Below, one piece after another: positions 12,501 through 25,700 of a stretch of 64,000 bases of DNA. Origin of the DNA: Catajapyx aquilonaris (Eukaryota); contig KZ537981.1 in NCBI GenBank assembly GCA_000934665.2, positions 124,001-188,000 on the forward strand, in the 5' to 3' direction. The stretch's first letter is position 1, and the number at the start of each line of letters is the position of its first letter. The translations under genes were made by a program, and so were the position numbers. The notes beneath the pieces are model-generated. The model worked only from the letters and a program-made list of their open reading frames with translations, was not told the DNA's origin and did not search any database.

Positions 12501-14883
12501 TGCGCGCCAATAAAAATCGCTGTGGTCCACGATCCGGGAGGGATGGTGGTGGGAGGCAAGGGGATGGGAGACCCCCGCCAAGAGCAAACCAGAATGCAAC
12601 AAGCAGCATTGTGAGTGGCATTCAACCTCCATTCATTCCATGCACTCGTATACTGTATGCGTGGAATGACACCACTCCCCCCNCCCCCCCCCCCCCCCAA
12701 AAAAAAAAAATATATTTAAAAAATTCTGCCACATTCAATCTGGCCAGCCCTCTCTCTACATCTATATGCGTCGGCCTGTCGGTTGGCGAAATATTGCTTT
12801 CACTGTTTGGCGATGAAGTGAATGGGCGACCCATATTCGAGGGGGCCCCCTCCAAATTATATGGAGCTTGGGCGCAACTCGCATTTGCCTTCCATCCGCT
12901 TGTCCTACTCTCTCATTGCAGACAAAACTATACACACGCACCTCGCATGTTCTGCATTCATACGTGGAATGAATGGCACATGTCCAAGCAGAGCCTGATA
13001 CACGTCCATTACCATGATCAGCCTTCTTACGCGCTGGGTGTGTCACCACAACACAAAGGTCAGATTGATGCTCTCCGCGACACCGATACTCTCCCTCAAC
13101 AGAAAAGGCCCTTTTGTTCCTAATAGAGGGGCTATACAGACACAATAGTCAGATTCTGAGAAAGGGGAAGCTGAGAAAAACTATCTCTGGGAGAGATATA
13201 GTCTTGCAGCAGCTATCTGGCCCCACCCAGGCCCCAGGGAATCATCTTTCTCTCTCCCCCTGCAAACCGACGGGGTCAAATGGGGCCAAGTTGACCCTCT
13301 TACCTGACCCATTTGCTCTCTTCCAACCGAGCCGACAAATAATTCCCCTTCGCCCGGCTGCTACCCCGACACCTTTCATTTCTTCACTAGAACCCGGACA
13401 CCATACTCTTTTATCTCTACTCCACATCGCAATTTCTCTCCCCCCCTCACCATCTCAACTGCATACACACGTGATGCTGACCTCGCATAAGTGTATACAC
13501 ATAACTATGCATGGTAGAGAGAGAGAGAGAGAGAGAGAGAAAAAACATCCCTGATCCAATGTCAATGCCGGTGACGCAGCAGTTACTGCAAAACCGTTGT
13601 GTAATAAGCACTTCCTGGACTTATCCCGATTGGTTTTTTTTTTGACACTTCCCGATAGACACACGGCGACTGCATTTCACAACGCAGTACGTGGTGGCGC
13701 CAAGATGTGTCCTCCCAGAATCGGTTGCTGGGGCAAACGACCAGCGAGATTCCTGGGACCAACCTAACCTCCCTTGCATATCGAAAGCGACCTCGAGGCG
13801 ATGGTTTAATTGGAAAAAAAGGGGGGAGTGATATACATTTTTTATGGCATCGGGAGAATGATCGGATAAGACGTAATGAGGTTAAACGGCTAGCAAAACT
13901 TCTAGTCCCCGATCTCCGGGCTGGACTAATTAACCCCCGGAGACACTTTCCCAGAGCCCGTCACTCGTCAGTCACGCCCCTATTCGTCATTGAGATTTTC
14001 CGCGTGTGTGTCGATATGCACTCAATTTCAGCTCCCAGCTGTTCAAATGTACGACTATCGCCGACGGAAGGGAACGGGCAGCAGGAACTGGACAGGAGCC
14101 AGCACTTCACACGAGCCAAGTTTGTTGACTCAACAATACCGACGTGTGAATGGCCCTCGTGCGCTTATAGTGGGCCGGGTCCACGTTCCCGGACGCTGCA
14201 TATATAGTGAATCTCGAGCCACATAATTCTGCCAGGAAAAATGGGCAATCAAATGGCCCCGACAATCGTGAAATGGACGAATGGTTTCAGGAAGCATCCC
14301 ACACACACAAGTCGCCATTTTTTTTCCCTCCCTTCTGCCGAAGTGCTGCTCTTATCACGTGGCCTCAAGAGTGAGTGGGAGGGGGTGGAGACATGGAGGG
14401 GAGAACCCACTTCCCGTGACTCGCCAATATGGAACGCCAAGGATTGGCAAACCTCAGTGCTTCTCGGAAGACTCCCGATCTGCACTCCCCAAGAAACGGG
14501 CACTCCCAGGTTGCCGGAGTCAACAACTGCCAAAAAACTACCTGCACAGTCCCCTCCCCAAGGTGGAATTTCCCTATAGGAATGTAACCCCCTGTACACG
14601 TGCGTGCGAAGCAATAGTTGTGACAATTTTCGAGGGCGTGAAATATGGCTGTGACAGTGGGATCCACGTGTGTTAGAAAAAGGGCCTCGATTTTTTGGAG
14701 CCTGGCCCAGTCGAGTAGGCCTCCCGCCTAAAAATAAGAATAGGCCCAGTCCAGCAGTGGCGGTGGGGCTTGGTGTGGGTAGGTGGGGAGATGGCTTCTC
14801 TCTTGGTGGGTACGGCGTGAGAACCGGCGGAGATGGCGCTCACGTGGGAAGGGGACAAACATTGGGGCTATTCAACACTACCT

Positions 14884-14930
<47 letters not shown>

Positions 14931-17900
14931 NCCCCCCCTCTCTAAAGGTACTTGTCACACGAGCAGCTGTCTGTCTCAAGGCCAGGACCTGTACCGGTAC
15001 AGCATCTCTCCTTACATGTTTGGTTCGGGGAATATACACAAGGGATGACTATAATATGAATCGCAGCTAGTGCTCATCAAATTGCTAATAAGAGAGAGAG
15101 AGAAAAATCGCTAACTTCTGGGTGTCGCCTAGTTCATAATTATCTCCAGCGATTTGTCAACACCCCCCTAAGGTTGCGGTTATGCAACATCCGATGTTGG
15201 GAAGATTCCGAGTCATGTAATGCGAAGGCGTTATCTGTTATGCGTGTGTACATATATACACGTATCGGTGCTTTTGCCTTGTACTTTGCGCCTCGGCGAC
15301 GGCATTGAGGAAGTCACGGCGCCGGATTGGCCCGAGTATGCCGGTGAGAAATATTCGCGACACGCGACAAATGCGCCCCCCCCCCCCCCCCCCCACCANN
15401 NNNNNNNNCCCCCCCCCCCCCCAACAACATACCAAAAAAAAATGCAGCGCCAAGTTGTGTCATCCGATTCCCGAGAAAATAACAAGCCGGTCTGTATAGT
15501 CAGCTGATCCGACGCATACCGCACACTTTCTTCCCAGGAAAAATGAGGCACCGCCCCCCTCCAAGTACATGCCAGTCTCAATAGGCAGTTTCCGTCTTGG
15601 GAAGACCAACAGTCCTCGCCCGAAGACAAATTAAGAGCTACGCCCCCCTAACCGGCTCAATTAACACGCGGAAAGGTCAGCAATGGTCACACTCGCAAAT
15701 ATAAAGATTGTTCTTACCTGAATCGGATGGTGTCTGAACTCCCAGATGGTCTGTGTTGATGGCGGGCCTCTTGGGCAGGAAATAACTGTGGTCACTAAAG
15801 GCGGAGTGGTACGGGTTGGAAGATGCTGAGGAGGAATCGGACGACGAGGGCGACGGCGCCTCGTCCTCGCCAGAGTCGTCCGAGGTGTCGTCCGAAGACG
15901 AATGGTACGAAGTGTCCCTGTCAAACTTAACTTCACTAACACACGCCCCCGCGCAAGAAGAAGAAGAGTCCTCCTCCTCCTCCTCCTCCTCCTCCTCCGG
16001 ATAAGAAGTCCTAAGCACTGATTCTTGGTGACTGTGATGGTGCTGGTGGTACTGGTGGTCGCTGCTGTTGGTGATGCTGTGCTGGTGCTGCTTCTGGTCC
16101 TTGTCGTTCCTTGGCTTGTTGTGCTCCTCGCTGCAGCAGAGTCCTGCCCACATGCAGTCGTGTCGCACGTCCTTTCCGCCGCTCCAGAGGAAGTTTCCTG
16201 GGTTCCAGTCGTCTCCGAGAGGGTCCACATTGCTGCTGCATCCGTCGTCGTCGTCGCTGGATCCGTACGGAGGCGTGCTCGGTGGGGTCAAACTGCTCTC
16301 GGGGAGACCGAACTTCTTCCACATGTCGTCTCCTGGCAGCAAGAACCCGTCGGTCGGATACAGGTACTCGCACAGGTCCATCACCAGCTCCTGGGTCAGG
16401 TCCCAGCGGGGCTGGCAAGGGGTCAGCAGGCTGTCCATCTGGCTGGACGATGGGCAGCACGACCTCATAGCCCGCCGCAGGTCACGGGGGGCCTCCTCCT
16501 CGGGAAAGTGCAACTCACTGCACAAAAGAAGGCAAGGAGAGAGAGGGAGAAAAAGAAAAGGAAAATAAGTCCCAAGTTATTTTGGAGGTCCTGTTTCTGA
16601 GGAGGGGGGGGGGGGGAGAGGTNGTGGTGGGGCTATTCTCAGACAAGACCCCCGAGCTACATGCGTAATCGGACGGCACAACAACGGTCCCATGCAGGGT
16701 CATAAACCTACTCTCAGAACCTGGTTAAAATAAAGGGCCTTCGGTTTTTTCCCCCCCACAAAAATACGCAGCAATTCCTCCATGGCTTGGCAATAATCAA
16801 CAACTCGATGATTTTTTCCCCTCCTTGATATTGTTCATGAATAACGAAATAGCGGCATCATATACCTGCTGCGTTCTAATTAGTGCAGCTTGCGTAAAAT
16901 AGCTTCCCTTGGTCGCTGTTGTTTGTTCCCCAATATTACACTCCCGGTGGTGCAACCGGCTCTACCGCCAAGGTGCAGGTTTGTCCTTGCTAATAATATT
17001 GTAGGAAACCAGACAAATCCCGAGTGCAATTGGGCCTTCATGGCCCACCAGGAAGGCACACTTGCTATCCAACATGTATGAAATAATGTCGATTGCACCA
17101 CTGCACGCATGCACAATATTTCTACATAATTATATGCTACCTATAAACCCATATACAACGTGATGTGGTGCAACACTCCGCAATAATTAGCAACAAAACA
17201 TATGTACCGATACACGACAACCTGTCAACTGGGGGTCAAGAGCCACGTCAACAGTTTGCGCCATGTGACGCAAGATTTTTTTTCTCCCCCTATTTTTTTT
17301 TCTCTCCCCAACGGAGACGGCCCTTGTCCTCTTCGAGCCGTCAATTTTACGAGCTCGCAACTAATGGCCGCTCTCTGGTCGGTTCCGCCGAAAAAGGTTG
17401 TTTTCGTATTATCGCACCCTCTCCAAAATTCCGCCTCTAGTGTCGTTTTGTTTCATTCTAGGTCGAGTCCACCAAAACGAGGGCCCCGGCTTGTTGTACG
17501 GTGGAAAATAAAGAAGAAGAAAAAAAAAGAATCCTCCGGTTTGCAAAGAGCCCTTCCCCAGACAAGCTCTTTAAAACGGCTTGAATGAAGCCTGATGGGA
17601 CCCGGCATGCCTGGCTCTCAAGGCCAACAGAGTGAAAAGAAGGGGTCGATATGCACCCAACATTCCTTCAATCACTGGCTCTCCCCCACGATTACTACCC
17701 ATACCCCTATCAACACTTCCGGTTTATATGGGCCACAAAGTAACACAACTCCCGCCAACTATCCGGTAGGCTATATACACACTGGGGAAGCAAACTGTAG
17801 GTCAGTAACCACACTTCCATAAGCCGCTATATTTAGCCGGCAGGTCGGTCACATTCCCCAAGAGTTCTCCCACAGGTATATATCGGACCTTTAAAAACTC

Positions 17901-18210
17901 GGTTGCTTTTTTTAAAAAGGCATGTTTACGCCTTCGCGATTTAAGCCTCGGTCGCGCGACCAGACGCTTTGCGACCGGAAAAAAATGTGGTCGCGCGACC
18001 GAGGCTCAAATTATTTAGGGCGTCGTCGTCGTAAACAGTGGTTTTGCGTCCCATAAGTTAAGCATGTCTCCATTGGACTATCGGACCGGCGTCTGTCTCT
18101 CCGGCGGCTAAAAAGGCTAAATAAATCACACGGTGTGAATGCACTCACAGAGTCTCCGCTTCGCTCCCTGGGCGACTCGGAATCCGGCTGCTGGCCGGGG
18201 TCCAACACAT
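9572..18210 (-). CDS. Myc: Myc bHLH-LZ transcription factor, about 540 aa, 4 coding exons
   Basis: Exons 18210-18149, 16517-15718, 10409-9841 and 9763-9572, with phases 2, 1 and 0 consistent. Motifs: MBI PGDDMWKKF..LTPPSTPP; MBII RHDCMWAG; DHSY; TPSDS|EEEIDVV (MBIIIb, split by a phase-1 intron); basic region KRNMHNNMERQRR; LRDQ|IPE..APKVRIL; heptad zipper L-M-L-L-I. The first coding exon is less certain; alternative internal ATGs are at 16468 and 16438. Confidence 0.93.
14890..14930. repeat. (CT)n microsatellite in Myc intron 2
   Basis: Uninterrupted CT dinucleotide run; a shorter (GA)n run is at about 13516-13540. Confidence 0.9.
17944..18006. repeat. Perfect 19-bp inverted repeat (hairpin) in Myc intron 1
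   Basis: AGCCTCGGTCGCGCGACCA (17944-17962) and TGGTCGCGCGACCGAGGCT (17988-18006). Each arm contains the self-palindrome GGTCGCGCGACC. Confidence 0.9.
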
Positions 18211-18230
18211 GCACACTCTCTCGATATACA

Positions 18231-18642
18231 CACGTGCACTAGCACATAACACCAACTTCCTACCGCGGCCGACGCTCAGCCGCGACTGAGACGAAACTCG
18301 CGCTCTCGACAAGCAGGCAGCGCACCAAGCGGTGGTCATCGAGTCGCCGTGACGTCACACGTTTTTCGGGAGATTGTTGGGGAGGGGGGGGGGGGGTGGC
18401 ATTTCCGTCGGCTCCAAGGACCCACCTACCCCTCCCAAAAAAAAATAATTTTAAAGGGCTTCGAAAAATGCGGGGTTGCCCCCTATACACCGCACGTGGA
18501 CCTTGGCCACGTTGCTACTACCGGCGAAGCTATAAATAACCATATTCAGCAATAGGCACAAGGCCTGATAAGCATACAAGCAACTTGCGGAAATGAGCAC
18601 CTGCGGGGGTGGGTTGTAAAAAGAGGAGAAATGCGCCACGTG
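18231..18642 (-). promoter_or_regulatory. Putative proximal Myc promoter
   Basis: Initiator-like TCAGTC (minus strand, 18289-18284), CRE GTGACGTCAC at 18349-18358, and CACGTG E-boxes at 18231, 18493 and 18637. It lies upstream of an exon ending in a GTGAGT donor at 18148. Confidence 0.5.
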
Positions 18643-18795
18643 TATTACACGGCGGGGGCCGGCTCAAGGCAAAAGCAATGCATGTGTACTTTTACAAACG
18701 CCGGCGTATCAACACCATTGTTCAACGAGTGCTAATTAATTTCCATTGTAAAAAGGTGCCCGATGCATTGCCACGTACGCGCTGCTCTGCCACTT

Positions 18796-18798
<3 letters not shown>

Positions 18799-18847
<49 letters not shown>

Positions 18848-19009
18848 TATATATAAAAAAGGAGTTTTAAATGGTGCACAGGTGCCCCTGACCCTGGGGA
18901 CACGCGCCGCTGACCACCCTACGTGGCCTTCGCCAGCATGCTGACCTTGCTCCGTGGCACCCTGCCTACATTTAATCATCCGCCCCCTCCGTCCATACGC
19001 AACAAGTGT

Positions 19010-19047
<38 letters not shown>
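18799..19047. repeat. (GT)n microsatellite at 18799-18844 and (CA)n microsatellite at 19016-19047
   Basis: Alternating purine-pyrimidine runs in opposite orientation. Confidence 0.9.
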
Positions 19048-19048
<1 letters not shown>

Positions 19049-19364
19049 GAGATACTCCGGTTCCGGTCCATCCTTCCATTCATAACCCCACGTAACAGAG
19101 ATGCCAATATGTCAAGGCCACGTACATATCTCTAGTAAAAGCCAGTACTGACCCGATTGCACCACTGAAAGTAATTGTCCTCGCCAGTCCGACGAGGCCA
19201 AACAACTCTTTTTCATGCGGTGCCGGAATCGCAAAAGGAATTGGCAAGTGCTAGTTACACCCCGAAACAAACTAATCGTTACAAAAAAACAAAAAAAAAA
19301 TCTGGACAAACTCCCCCTTTAAAAGTTTCAAAACCCGGCAACCTCGGGATAAAATCCCCGGAGA

Positions 19365-19732
19365 GCGCGGGAAACCCGGCGTCTGCTTTTCCACCCAACC
19401 CCACCCCACTCCGGCATTTCCCGCCAAAACTCTCGCCAGCCCCAACAATACACATACCTTTTCCACTGCTTTAAAGAAAAAAGGCCTCTTCTTTTAAATA
19501 ATCAAAAAAAAGGCAGGCGATGCACCACACACAGTTTTCTCTTATTTCTTCTTCTTCTCCGTCTCTATATTGCCCCCTTGAAGACTAGTATGGCGACCCG
19601 AACTTCTCTTTTTCTTCCCTCCCTTTTCCCCTAAACCGAGCGCAGGCAAAGTTCCCGCGCCGAGCTCTTCCCGCCAAATGCCGGCCGGGACGCTTCCCGC
19701 GCAAACAAAGCCCGCCAGACTGTGACGTCACA
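19365..19732 (-). promoter_or_regulatory. Putative distal Myc promoter with an E2F-site cluster, a CRE and a non-coding first exon (about 19590-19458)
   Basis: E2F-like TTCCCGC(G/C) sites at 19365 (reverse), 19417, 19652, 19668 and 19694. Palindrome TGTGACGTCACA at 19721-19732. Strong donor AAG|GTATGT at 19457. Confidence 0.45.
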
Positions 19733-22700
19733 AGGGAGCCACGGCACACGCACGCTTGGAAATAACGGCCGGCAGGCAGGAGACACACACCGGGGGGGTT
19801 GGAAATAAGGCACGACCTGGGAAAAAAAATATGGCGCGCGGATCGTCTCATATATCACAGCATATGTGCACTATTCGTCTCGCAAAATATTTCATTTCTG
19901 GACCGATTGTTGGACATCTGGGCGGGCGGTATTGCCTACTTCTCACCAAAAGTGGCCACCTCACTTCCGGTCGCCCCCATTTGCTTTCATTGGGAGGGTT
20001 TCATGCCAATTAAGGAGCAATCAAGGTTTGAGCCCAGAAAAGAAAGCCGGGCACGCGCCAATTTTCCCACGGGTGAAGGCCGGATATAAATTGACAAAAT
20101 GATGCTGATTGGTCCCATCTGTTTTTGAGGGGGCTGGGGGGGGGGGGTTAATCGGGACGGAAGTGTGGAAGACGGCAGCCAATCAGCCCCAATCATATGG
20201 GACAGGGAATTTTTTTTCTTTCCTTATTTTCAGAAGAATCACACGCTGGAGCTAATTGGAACACGAGCACTCACGACTGACTGACTCACCCGGTCGTCCG
20301 CTAATTAAACCATCACTCGGGACCCTCCAGGGGCAACAGATTCACACTCAAACAATGTCCAGAACCCCCGCGGAAACCTGACACCTACACTGCCGTGGGT
20401 ACGACCAGGGGAGGTATGCCAGTGAAGGCCAGTCCATCGATTTCTCGGAACACCCAGAATTTCTAGTCAGTTTTTTTTGTTTTTTTTTTTGCACATCGCG
20501 TAACATGACCGTGCAATCAAGTGCAGTCGAGAGGAAATTGGTTCCGCCCAAAAGTTGCCAACAGCCACCTGGCACTTAACATATGACTATCATAACAGAA
20601 GTCGCGCACAGGTGGGACCAATCGTGAGGGGGCACGCTCGGCAACACGTGTCGGACACGCTTCTCACCACCTTCCATATGGAAGCATTCGGACTGCATGG
20701 GCAACAATCACTAGCACGATAGTGTTGCCAACATCTGATTTCATGTCAACCGCAGCCGCGTTTTAAAATAGTTGCTGGGGTGAACAATCACCTCGCCACA
20801 TTCCTCCCTCGTGGGACCATGGCCTCAAGCAGTGACAATGGACGGTTGGACCAACGCTGGGTTGCCCGAGGGAGTTCAAAATCCCCAAAAGTCCCCACCT
20901 CCTGACCTCTGACCCCGTCGGCCAACTTCACCACTCTTGGCCAAGTGTCGACGGGGGTGTTGTAAAAAAAAAGTGCTGGAAACAAAAGCTCGAAGCATCC
21001 GGTACGCTCCCAGTGGCCGTAGCGAAACGAGGGGCTGACCTCCCGCTGACCTCCAGACTTTGCCTTTTTTCGGTCTTCCTTTTAGATGCCAGGCGTCGGG
21101 GCAGCGTCGCGCTAATTGACCCCTGGGTACAACCCCCTCCGGGAGCACCAGACTCCCATTTCCCAACCCTCCGGGATTGGGTTTTCCCAGCCCCGAAAAT
21201 TCCTACCCTTTTGACCTCCCAACATCAGTGGTGCCCACTGTTACGAATCGGGTCAAAACTTATGGTGACGCAAAAGGTGATAACAGATTTTTTTTTAAAC
21301 CCCCCCTCAAACACATGTGCATAGTTTCATATATATGGCTGGGTGGGTGTCTAGACTTGGAAAACCCTCCCCCGCCTCCAGGTCATCTCGAAAAGGGCGC
21401 TTTCGAAGGCCACCCCTCCTATAAAACTCCGGCGGAAATGACATTTGCTTAGCAGGCAACTCAAAAAAAAAAATCAACAAGCACACAAAAAAATATATAA
21501 TAACTCGAATGGCCGCTGAGAGGATTCTTCAAGGGCAACAAATATTATTTTACACGCGACTTCAGGTCACTCGAAGCACGTTTCATACTTGTAGCCACTC
21601 AGCCTTGATTGTTCGCCCCAGCAAAACACTCGAGCATTGGAATACGTTATATGAGGTTGTGATTGGCCCAACCCCGGATCGTGCAAGATTATCGCAACAT
21701 GCCCTATTCACTCCCAAGCATTGTATACAGTAACGAGCTACTATTCACAAAAATTACCCCAGAAATTACGTGCACACTTACGCGTTTTGTCGTATACGTT
21801 AGAAATCAGGCTGCATTTGTTGCCAGTAACGTGACGTAACGATGCCGTAACAACCCCCCTACTCGCATTATTATCAGGTCCGCCAGATAACTCCGGTTCA
21901 TTCATCAGACCAAAGGCAACACATGTACGGTACGTACACACTGGGCCAGCTCTCGTATACTATGTTGTTTCTTGGCCTGGGAAAGAAATTCCTTGGGTGT
22001 GATGTAACCACGTGCCACGTGTGCGTACAGATATGCAAGTGCGTGAGGAGAATATTCCGGAGCTCCGATCTCTTGCCAATAAACTTTACGCACTATTCCC
22101 CGGCCGGTCCGACTTGCTCTTGAATAAGCAGAGCTTCATACAAGGTTATCAACTCTTGAAAGATATATCGAGTTACCTCATCCGCAGGTATATATGGGAG
22201 GAAAGAATCGACGCCATGACACTCGAGGGCAAAATTTTTGTTTCATATTTTTTTCCGATTTTTTTTGGATAGCAGCTTCTGGCAGCAAAATGTGAATCCA
22301 GTTGAGTACGGTCAAGTTCGTTTTGTTATCTGTCCAGGCCCCCTCCTCAAAAGTGTGTAACCGGCTCAACAACCGGATTCCGTCGGTTTGTCGCCTCCTC
22401 CTCCTCCTCCGTCCTCCAGTGACGCTACACTCTACCCAAAAATCCATCCAGGATTATTCTTATCTGTGGTTTTCCAGAGTTGGCTCCCGAAATATGGACA
22501 AGGTCCTCCCCCAACACCGAAGCAACAAGTCAGGTATTTTTAGCCCCCCCACCCCCCCCCCCCCCCACTACACCAACATCACATCGGCTATTCCACGCTC
22601 CATTTCACCAGGCTTGACCTCCCCAAAAATAAACTAACTGCCCCTCGCAAAATGTCGGTTCAAGAGTGGAAACTCGACCAGATTGTTCTTTGAAAATTGC

Positions 22701-25700
22701 TGGTTGCTGGGGCTAACAGTTCGCTGTATAGGCTCGACTTCCCCCATAAAAATAGCAGTGTCCCAGCCATTTTCAAGCACCCTGTATATGTTGAATAGTG
22801 GAAACAACGGGCTTTTTCTTCATTGTAAGTGTATATTGCCCCGAAGGGCCGGCAAACACCAATAAGGGGACCGTTAGGTAGGAAAAAGGCAGCTTGTGAT
22901 TGAAGGGGGGAGAGAGAGCTTTGGCCTCTTCCCGAAAAAGAAAAAGCTTCACAGTGGCCACCCCGTGGATGAACCCACCCCTACAGTGTCCGCTACAACA
23001 CGGAATCATACTGGCCACACAGGTTTACACACTTGGGTGCTGCACTGACCGAGTCTCAAGGGGGGAGAGAGAAGTTACGAGTTGTTTACACTAGCAACCG
23101 GTTTTTAAAAGGAGCAACAATCGCAACAAGTGAATAATCCCCTATAGGATTGTGGCTGCAGGAGTAAACAACTGCCCAAAAAATTCGCCCTAGAAAATTC
23201 TAACGAAACACCCTGTAGGTACTTGCCCGGATTTAACAAAGTAATACAATGTAAAAGCGGATTTATATTTAAAAAACGCGAGTCAATTGCAGAGTCATAA
23301 ATGCCTAGGATGCAACGTGCAGGTGCAACAGTTTTACTGCACCTCGCTGCACTTGCGCTGCTTTATTGCTCGGTCGTGCAGCCACGGTTGTATGCACCCC
23401 CCGATATAGGCAACAATGTCCCTCGGTATCAATTAAACACTGGGAGTAAATCAGGCGATTATTACAGCTTCCTTCACGACCACCTGCAAAGATGTGGCGA
23501 TACCATTTCGTGATTACAGGCTTACCTACACTTGCACCGCAATAAAATAAAAAGTATAAGATCACGCGGTGCACATTTTGTTGGTATACGGTATATATCC
23601 GAACATTTTTAAACTTTTTTTTTTTCTGCCCATTACAAAAAGTGGTGGGTATACTCGTGAACCTGCCATCCGGAAGGTTACACCAGCTGACGTAAAAGCA
23701 GCTGGTGGACCGGAAACTAAACATCAAGCCAGATACAGTAAAGGTATTACGTTATTCATAGTTTTCCATATATAATGCCCCGCATCGCACAGGTGCAATG
23801 TGCTCATAATACTGTATTCTGACTAGTCGCACGAAAATGCTGTTTGTTGTCGCTTTTCGTCACAATACACTGAATACAGGACCAGGGGGGGCCAAAACAC
23901 CTCAAAAGTCAGTGTACCTGTGTACGTACCCGAAGCCTTCTGGGAGGCAAAGCATTGGCCTACAAAAATGCAAAACGAAGTAAACACGAAACACGGTTGG
24001 ATTGACAGCTCGACTGTGGCGACCCTGGTCGTGGCCCGGGCCAACTAACAATCCGGACCATTGTCCCCCCCCAGAAAATGGTTGGAATAGAGTGAAAAGT
24101 GAGTGAAAAGTGGTCCTGAATAGTCCCCAATGGAAGGAACCCAAAAAGATTGGCAGGGGAAGAAAAAGGTTCCCTCCTTCCTCCACCTCCACCACCACCT
24201 CCAACTTTCTTCAGTCTTCCAGGGTGGGTGAGATGACCTTGACCCGTCCATCGGCCAAAAAGGCCATTGTGACCACCTTTTGGTCCGAACCAGGTGGCAG
24301 CAGTTTTTGTCTCGCAAGTTGCACAAGGAAGGAAGGAAGGAAGGGAAAAAAGAAGAAGCAGAAAGAAAAAGGAGGGGGGGCTGCGTCCAAGAGCTGACCC
24401 ACCACCCACCCACCAACAATATAACCAGTTCCCCAAACCTTATGCTCTCTTTTTCCGAGTATACGCTCTTCTTTTTCCACCCTCCTACTCAACACCCCCC
24501 CCCCCNGAACAAAACCCAAAAGCTTGTTCCAACTTGAAAGCTTCAGCTAAACAGGTCTCCAGCTTTACTTGGGAGCAGGAGGTGCTCCCTAAAAAAAAAA
24601 AAAAAATCAAATGCCCTTGAACGTGGATTAAAACTATAGTCTCCTTTGCTAATAGCGAAACAAAAATAGTGCTTCGGGTAGTGCACATTGATATTCCATG
24701 ATTTTTTTTTGGGATTATTTCGAGTTTTTTTTTCCTGTTCCTTTAGCATTATCACTGAACCCCCACGCATATTTGTCGAAACTCTGCACGTGTTTTGATC
24801 CCATCCGATCAATCTCTCCACACGCACTCTAAGCCGGATCGCATTCACATTTGGTCACAGGTACACACAAGCTGTTGTCCACATGTCATAGCCTGTGATC
24901 CCTTTGTTTGGTGAGAACAAAACACTTTAACGGAGCTCCCGGTAAATGTTGCGGATCGAAAGACTGATGTCACCGCGCCTGCTGATCTCAGCCAAAAATC
25001 GCCCATTGTCACCGCGACTGGCTGGCGACTTTGAGTATTAGACTCTAGAGCTTAAATAAAAGGTGCGACCGGAAGAGACTCGGCAGGTTCATCTACGGTG
25101 TTAAGCCATGCAGACTAAGCACTGACGAGCAAATGAAGTGCTTCCAATTGTTTAAAAAACATATTGAAGCACTTAAACAATAGCTTGATCGAGGACAGTT
25201 GCAGATTGTTTACACCACACCTCCTTGTGAGAAAAGTAGTGATTGTTGCTTCTCATTCAATTGAACTGCTGCAGCCAGCAATACGTCAAACACAATGACA
25301 AGTCTATAACCCTGAAGCATGTCTCATTGCTGCAATCAGCATATCGAAGCTTCTAGTCTAGACCATTGGAATGAACTTAACCACTGTTGGGCAACATGTT
25401 TACGTCTAACACTTCAAATACGTCACCAAGTTAGTTAAGTCCCCTCATAAGTAAGTCTGAACAGCTGGGGTTAATTGCCCCTGAACATTTTTTAAAATAT
25501 ATTTCCTCCCTTTTTAGATGTGTCTCTTGAAAACACAGTGTAGCTGCTTGTCTGGACGAGGAAAATATTTGGTGGGGTTCGTGCCCCGGGGTGACCCCGT
25601 GGGGGAAAGAGATATAGTACTCAAAATGCAGAAGGACTGGAGTCAGTCAGGTTGAGTCCCCCCCTCCTGAGGCCTGAGTCACCAATCTGTCTGATGCCGG

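Noticed and set aside
18379..18399. G-quadruplex-like G-run upstream of Myc, and nearby (GT)n/(CA)n Z-DNA candidates
   Set aside because: Poly-G/C runs and microsatellites are common throughout this window, so the position is not informative.
23301..23513. 70-aa ORF with a signal-peptide-like hydrophobic stretch
   Set aside because: Short, with no recognisable domain and no supporting splice or promoter evidence.
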